DNA of 13,323 bases from assembly GCA_964354495.1 (NCBI GenBank), contig CAYHAA010000030.1, positions 1 to 13,323 on the forward strand, given 5' to 3'. The notes beneath the pieces were generated by a model. The model saw nothing but the letters and a program-made list of their open reading frames with translations, was not told where the DNA came from and searched no databases. This stretch comes from an uncultured archaeon. GTDB lineage: Archaea; Asgardarchaeota; Thorarchaeia; Thorarchaeales; Thorarchaeaceae. The translations under genes were made by a program, and so were the position numbers. Below, one piece after another: positions 8,557 to 13,323 of this stretch (position 1 is the first letter of the stretch; each line of letters starts with the position of its first letter).

Positions 8557-8815
8557 AAGTCCACTCATAATAATAGATGAATGAAAAATGAAAAGGGTGG
8601 CTCAACAGCGAACAGCAAGAGCAAGTTCTCCACTTTGGCATCGGGCAACCTGACGATTGCACCGCGTTCCCCGTCGAAGGCCCGTACCTCTCTTGCATTC
8701 CCGAAGGACTGCAAGACCAAGCTGCTTCTACCTCTATGAGATAGAAAACAGAGGAGGTGAGTGATGGAAGACGAGATGACTCTCGTCTTCTTCCATCCGC
8801 AGCTTCTGCTACGGA
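8557..8815. repeat. Repeat copy R7, the only complete copy in the window (about 260 nt)
   Basis: aagtccact-N16-tgaaaaatg + core + all right-module hairpins ending at gctacgga. Confidence 0.96.
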
Positions 8816-8908
8816 ATGAGCTCTTCAATTACAAATGCTGATGGGCTTGACTTGATCGCTCCAGAGTTCACAAAGTTCTCGTTCCAAAACAGCATCTTCA
8901 CTTTATTA

Positions 8909-9328
8909 TTAGTACACAAGTTGACAAAGACCTGCAAAGTCAGAATCAAATGTGGCCAGATATCCAACATCATTAGCATCAATGAATGATAGAATGCAAC
9001 AATCGGTGAAGCTCAGGGGTCTCTCAGGCCACCTGGCAAAGCGTTCCCATTTCTCCCACGCGAGGTCTAGGACTCTGGGTGTTATGTATTCAAACTTGAT
9101 GAACTCGGGAGTACCACGAACAAGCTCGTAAGCCTTTGTCACCGCACTCTTTTGGCGGGTATGTATCCAGAGGGTCGTGAGCACTTCGTCTAGGACATAG
9201 TCAATCGTGAGCCTCATTCCATACTCTTGGTCCTTAAGCTTGGTAAGAAGCTCTCTCGCTTTTGGATGATTTCGGTCTCGCGTGTTCAGCAATGCAATGA
9301 CGACATTACTATCTATGAGGACAGTCAT
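8909..9328 (-). CDS. vapC: PIN-domain (VapC-like) toxin
   Basis: VLIDSNVVIA, DYVLDEV, SFTDCCIL, LATFDSDF; 4-nt overlap with the upstream ORF. Confidence 0.9.
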   Translation of the reverse strand: MTVLIDSNVVIALLNTRDRNHPKARELLTKLKDQEYGMRLTIDYVLDEVLTTLWIHTRQKSAVTKAYELVRGTPEFIKFEYITPRVLDLAWEKWERFARWPERPLSFTDCCILSFIDANDVGYLATFDSDFAGLCQLVY

Positions 9329-9618
9329 GTAGAGTCACCGCCGTATACCACATCATCCACTCTCGATGAGAGTTCTTCACTCCCAGGTCCCAAGTCCTCT
9401 GCCAAGGAAAGGACTTTCTGAATGATATCATCACCCAGAGGATAGTCCATCAATCGCACCTCATTAACTATGAGATCATAGTTCTCAAGACCGATTCTGA
9501 ACACGATCTCTAGTATCTCCTTCTTTGTCAGACGCTTTCGTGTCTCCAGATATAGACGTGCCTGCAACTCTTCTAGGTCATCTTTAAGATCGAATTTCAC
9601 CGTGGACACTGATAACAC
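9325..9618 (-). CDS. Putative antitoxin (VapB position)
   Basis: 97 aa, acidic C-terminus, coupled to the PIN gene; minus-strand TTTATAT at 9650-9644 about 26 nt upstream of the GTG. Confidence 0.7.
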   Translation of the reverse strand: MLSVSTVKFDLKDDLEELQARLYLETRKRLTKKEILEIVFRIGLENYDLIVNEVRLMDYPLGDDIIQKVLSLAEDLGPGSEELSSRVDDVVYGGDST

Positions 9619-9687
9619 CCAGTAACTGAGTCACCAGGACACCATATAAACTTGTAGAGTTCTCCACTTCCAGTGGTGAAAGGGAAA

Positions 9688-9875
9688 GAGTCCACTGAGT
9701 CTGATTGATGATTGAAAAATGAAAAAGGGTGGCTCAACAGTGAACAGCAAGAGCAAGTTCCCCACTTTGGCATCGGGCAACCTGACGATTGCACCGCGTT
9801 CCCCGTCGAAGGCCCGTACCTCTCTCACTGTCCGAAGACCGTGAGCCAAGCTGCTTCTACATCTATGAGATAGAA
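9688..9875. repeat. Repeat copy R8 (right module truncated after the second hairpin)
   Basis: gagtccact-N16-tgaaaaatg...ccgtacctctctcactgtccgaagaccgtgagccaagctgcttctacatctatgagatagaa. Confidence 0.95.
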
Positions 9876-10119
9876 GACACTATTCAGTGGGTGCTTAAAT
9901 TGAACGTACCAAGAATGAGGAGAATGAGCATTGCTTCAGCTCAACATGCCAACACGAACCCTAGCTTGTTCGGGAACCAATTGGCTTAAAACAAGGAGAG
10001 TCTATCACAAAACACACTGACTTCGTGATTAGGTATCGACTGTCTTGAATTGTATCACCAAAAGGAAACGCTGCGCATGCCTGTTCACGTAGTCAGATAT
10101 TCGTGGTTAGGAGTCGAAA

Positions 10120-11967
10120 ATGGTGAATTCAAAGAGAGCAATATTAAGCATATTATTAATTCTGATAATGATAACACCAGTTGTTGGTGTCGGCAATCTC
10201 AATCCTTCGCATGAACCAGCACTTTTGATTTTGAAAGCAGAGTCTGGGGATGCCAGTATCGATGTCGGAGTCAAAAATCTAAGACTTGGTCTGCGTGACA
10301 CAGTATCTGATGTGAGAGTAAGATATCTAGAAAGGCTGGACACACTTGACGCAAATGGGGAGTACCTCATTATTATAGGTCATGGATTTCCAGAGGGGCT
10401 TGAAATCAATGGAAGGACAATACCTTGGGAGGAACTCTATGCAGCCATAAGAAGAGCTGGTCCGGAAAGGGCTTTTGTTCTAGCATGTTACTCACCGGTT
10501 GATGAGGAGATCATTGGGTTCAATGCTCCAATTGATGCAAAAGCTGGGGCGATTCTAATATCTTGGCTGATATGTAGCTCTTTGAGACCAGAAAAGCAAT
10601 CCAGTTTTCCTATCGAAGATGCAATAACAGCTCAAAGGGACATGAGAAATCCTTTGAATCGATACGTGTACTTTGTACATGGATACTTTGGGTCTAATGC
10701 AGACTTTGACACAATGGTTGATAGATTCGGAGACGAGAATATTTTAACAAGCTATTCTGAAATAAAATATTTCGGCTACTGTGAGCACTATGGTTTGGAA
10801 TTGCCACAGGATGTCTTGCTAATTGATGCAATGCACCAAATCACAACGATTTCTGCTTATGCCAATGATTTTGCCGACGAATTATACGATCTGCCATCTG
10901 GTTCACATGTATCTATAGTAGCTCACAGTATGGGTGGGATAATCACGAGGGAAATGCTTGGGCTTCACAGAGCTGATCTTGACGCTGCAGGAATCTGGAT
11001 TGACAAGGTCATCACACTTGGTACACCAAATCTAGGAACATGGCTTGCCAATCCGATACAGCCATGAGCGGTAATCCTGACACTGATTGGTGGAATCCTT
11101 AATTTCGGTCAATTTTGGCCCAGCCTAGTCTTTTACTCGTTGAATCCACTGTCTCTCCTAATGTACAATCTAAATGCAGACCCCATAAGTTACTCCTATG
11201 GTATAGAGTGGTATACAGCCGCGGGATATGACCCCGTAATGAGCATCCTTACCTATCCAATACACTTCGATCTAAGCGATCCATTGGTTGCGGTCGGGAA
11301 AGCACACCTCTCGTTCCTTGGCGTGGAAGAGTCAGTGACGTATGACGGAATTGATCATATAGGACTCATTCAGAACTCCGATCCAGCTGGAACATTCTCT
11401 GATGTCTGCAGCTGGTTATGTTCAGGCGACGATTACGATGGAGACGGACTGACTGATGATGCTGAACTCTATACCTGGGGAACCAATCCTTATGACACTG
11501 ATAGCGACAATGATGGTCTCTCGGATTACGAGGAGGTCGTTGATTATAAGACCAATCCAAACAACCCAAACACGGATGGTGATGCAATTAATGATGGCAC
11601 TGAGATCGCTTGGAACTATGACCCTCTGGACAGTTCAAGTCCAATTCAGGCATCTTCACTGATCCAGAGTATGCAAATATACAGTGGTTCGATAATGTCA
11701 GTGACGGCAAGTAGCTTGACAGGGGTCACCAAGGTACTGTTCTATGCACAATACAAGGACTATTATGGCACATGGACATCCTATCAACTCATAGGCACGG
11801 ACTCCTCATCGCCATTCGTCAAATCATGGGTTATTCCTGCAGGCTATGTTGCGATTAGGGTCAAGGTAGAAGCATATAACTCAGGTAATGTCTATTTAGG
11901 TTGTGATACTGCGTACATGACCCTGGGTGGCGGCGGTGGTGGCGGCGGCGAGCCTGTACCTTATTGA
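10120..11967 (+). pseudogene. Secreted alpha/beta-hydrolase (lipase-like) with Ca-binding DxDxDG repeats, interrupted by one in-frame TGA at 11065-11067
   Basis: The 10120-11067 and 11140-11967 ORFs share a frame with only the TGA between them. VHGYFG, VAHSMGG and TLGTPNLG precede the stop; candidate catalytic D (DPLV) and H (DHIGL), the DYDGDG/DSDNDG/NTDGD repeats (about 11428-11631) and a Gly8 tail follow it. Confidence 0.75.
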
Positions 11968-11989
11968 TGGCGTATTCAAAACCAATCCT

Positions 11990-13201
11990 ATGAGGAAAAC
12001 ATCGCACATGATGAACATGATTCCCCTCCGAACATTCAGACCCGGCTACAGCCTAAGTGTTGTGCTCCTGCTGACCCTACTTGGATTTGCATACGCAGGT
12101 CTGCCTATGGCTTCTACCTATGCAGCAAACATAGAGCCTGCACAGACTCAGACAACAACATGGATATCCCTTGAGAACGATTACCCAGAGGCTATATTTC
12201 GTGATGTCGAGTTCATCAATTCCTCTCACGGATGGGTAGTGGCAGGTGGTATTATCCTTCACACAGAAGACGGTGGAGACTCCTGGGAAACCCAGCTCGC
12301 TGATGATTCACAGGCATTCCGACAGCTAGAAGTAGTGAATGAACGAACAGTATGGGTGACTGGGCTCGGTTGTCTCTACTTCACGAACGATAGTGGAGAG
12401 TCATGGCATACCTCAGTTGCTTACAGTAGTCTGTCCACTATGAGTATGGTGGAGTTCTTCAATGAAACCCATGGATGGACTGCTACAATGCAGATGCTGT
12501 TCAAAACGACTGACGGTGGGCAAACCTGGCAGAATGTGACTGGTTGGACGTTCGACGATCATCCTAAGGACATGCAGTTCTTGAATGAGTATGAAGTATG
12601 GGCGATTGGCTATGACGGTGTCTACCATAGCGATGATGGCGCGGAGACCTGGGAGAAGGTCTTTGATAAGGGAGGCTGGAGCCTATCCTTTCCGAACCAA
12701 GACGAAGGGTGGGCCATCAGTGATGGCTACCTCTTCCACATGGAGCAAGACCATACGTGGGAGGAGCTGGCTGTTCCCGGAAGACTTCCTTCATTTCGGC
12801 TCACCCCTCCATATTCTTCAGATATACAGTTCATTGACGACCAGCACGGATGGATAGTAGGCGGTGAGATCCCTGTAATGCACACGCCAAATGGCGGAAG
12901 CAACTGGTATCAACAATCAGTTCCTGCTGACATAGGGGAACGTATGATGGCTGTCTGTTTCGTTGATGAGGTACATGGGTGGGTAGTGGGATACGATGGC
13001 TGTATTCTCAGAACCTCTACAGGAGGCAATCTTGATGCACTTCTCCTCTCCGGTCAAGAGGACCTTCTACTGATCGCTCTTGGAACCGCTGGAATAGCAA
13101 TCGCACTCACTATTGGTATCCTTGGTCTTCGTTGGAGAAGACGAAGGATTCGCGCGACTCACACAGGTATTGATTTAAAATCGACTCCGGAGATACTCTA
13201 G
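11990..13201 (+). CDS. Membrane-anchored BNR/Asp-box (Ycf48-like) protein, paralogue 2
   Basis: Colinear with 7228-8466; start reassigned to ATG 11990 (MRKTSHMMNMI vs MRNKSRMMNLI). Confidence 0.87.
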   Translation: MRKTSHMMNMIPLRTFRPGYSLSVVLLLTLLGFAYAGLPMASTYAANIEPAQTQTTTWISLENDYPEAIFRDVEFINSSHGWVVAGGIILHTEDGGDSWETQLADDSQAFRQLEVVNERTVWVTGLGCLYFTNDSGESWHTSVAYSSLSTMSMVEFFNETHGWTATMQMLFKTTDGGQTWQNVTGWTFDDHPKDMQFLNEYEVWAIGYDGVYHSDDGAETWEKVFDKGGWSLSFPNQDEGWAISDGYLFHMEQDHTWEELAVPGRLPSFRLTPPYSSDIQFIDDQHGWIVGGEIPVMHTPNGGSNWYQQSVPADIGERMMAVCFVDEVHGWVVGYDGCILRTSTGGNLDALLLSGQEDLLLIALGTAGIAIALTIGILGLRWRRRRIRATHTGIDLKSTPEIL

Positions 13202-13291
13202 CATTTTCATCGATTATGACGCGATGTTTGGCGAGGTACGAGATCTTTTGGAGAGAATCAAGAAAAGACTCCCTCTCAGATGACAAATAGA

Positions 13292-13323
13292 GAGTCCTCT
13301 AACAAGAATGGATGATTGAAAAA
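13292..13323. repeat. Start of repeat copy R9 (cut by window edge)
   Basis: gagtcctct-aacaagaatggatgat(16 nt)-tgaaaaa has the same motif and spacing as R1/R6/R7/R8. Confidence 0.75.

Noticed and set aside
8600-8679. Canonical integron attC
   Set aside because: GCTCAAC fits RYYYAAC, but the partner is GTCGAAG/ATC/GTCAGCC, not GTTRRRY; the inner AAC/GTT pair is not conserved in R3, R5 or R6. Kept only as attC-like.
8650-8680. Hammerhead ribozyme from CTGA(C/T)GA...CGAA
   Set aside because: The intervening sequence does not form stem II, GAAA is absent (GAAG), and R5 disrupts the motif (ctgaacga).
8557-8815. Group II intron remnant, tRNA, SRP/RNase P or box C/D (TIGR-like) RNA
   Set aside because: No domain V (AGC/CGC triad) hairpin, cloverleaf or consistently paired C/D boxes that I could recognise; tgatga/ctga occur only sporadically.
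8565-8828. Minus-strand repeat ORFs (8565-8828, 9631-9849, 6100-6321, 46-228) as genes
   Set aside because: No shared start or stop and frameshifts in R3/R5; the residual codon bias is reported only as a tentative finding.
11926-11949. (GGY)8 microrepeat
   Set aside because: Encodes a Gly8 linker at the hydrolase C-terminus with mixed codons; no sign of a phase-variation tract.
1-13323. CRISPR array
   Set aside because: Repeats are 70-260 nt, degenerate and separated by whole genes, not 25-45 nt repeats with short spacers; no cas genes in the window.
1-13323. Integrase, transposase or reverse transcriptase gene
   Set aside because: No ORF in the six-frame track shows tyrosine/serine recombinase, DDE, HUH, RuvC or YxDD motifs; any enzyme must lie outside the window.

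Overview
Archaeal accessory region. Archaeal origin rests on TTTATAT TATA boxes, GGAGGTGA SD sites and archaeal-type antitoxins; an Asgard/Thorarchaeia-like host is an inference from the membrane-anchored BNR proteins and the lipase-like protein with Ca-binding repeats. The window is a gene-cassette array. Ten copies of one non-coding structured repeat family (R0 1-179, R1 1063-1196, R2 1985-2189, R3 2969-3078, R4 4635-4704, R5 5264-5409, R6 6108-6260, R7 8557-8815, R8 9688-9875, R9 13292-13323; R0 and R9 are cut by the window edges) separate nine cargo segments. The cargo is six toxin-antitoxin pairs (4 VapBC/PIN, RelBE-like, HicBA), a SAM methyltransferase, an MFS transporter, two BNR/Ycf48-like paralogues and an alpha/beta-hydrolase gene split by one in-frame TGA. 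The repeat has four notable parts: a shared left end with a TCCACT-N16-TGAAAAATG motif, a long minus-strand hairpin that is attC-like but non-canonical, downstream covarying minus-strand hairpins with cUUCGg loops, and an embedded SD/anti-SD. The layout resembles an integron cassette array, but the repeat is not a canonical attC and no recombinase lies in the window.
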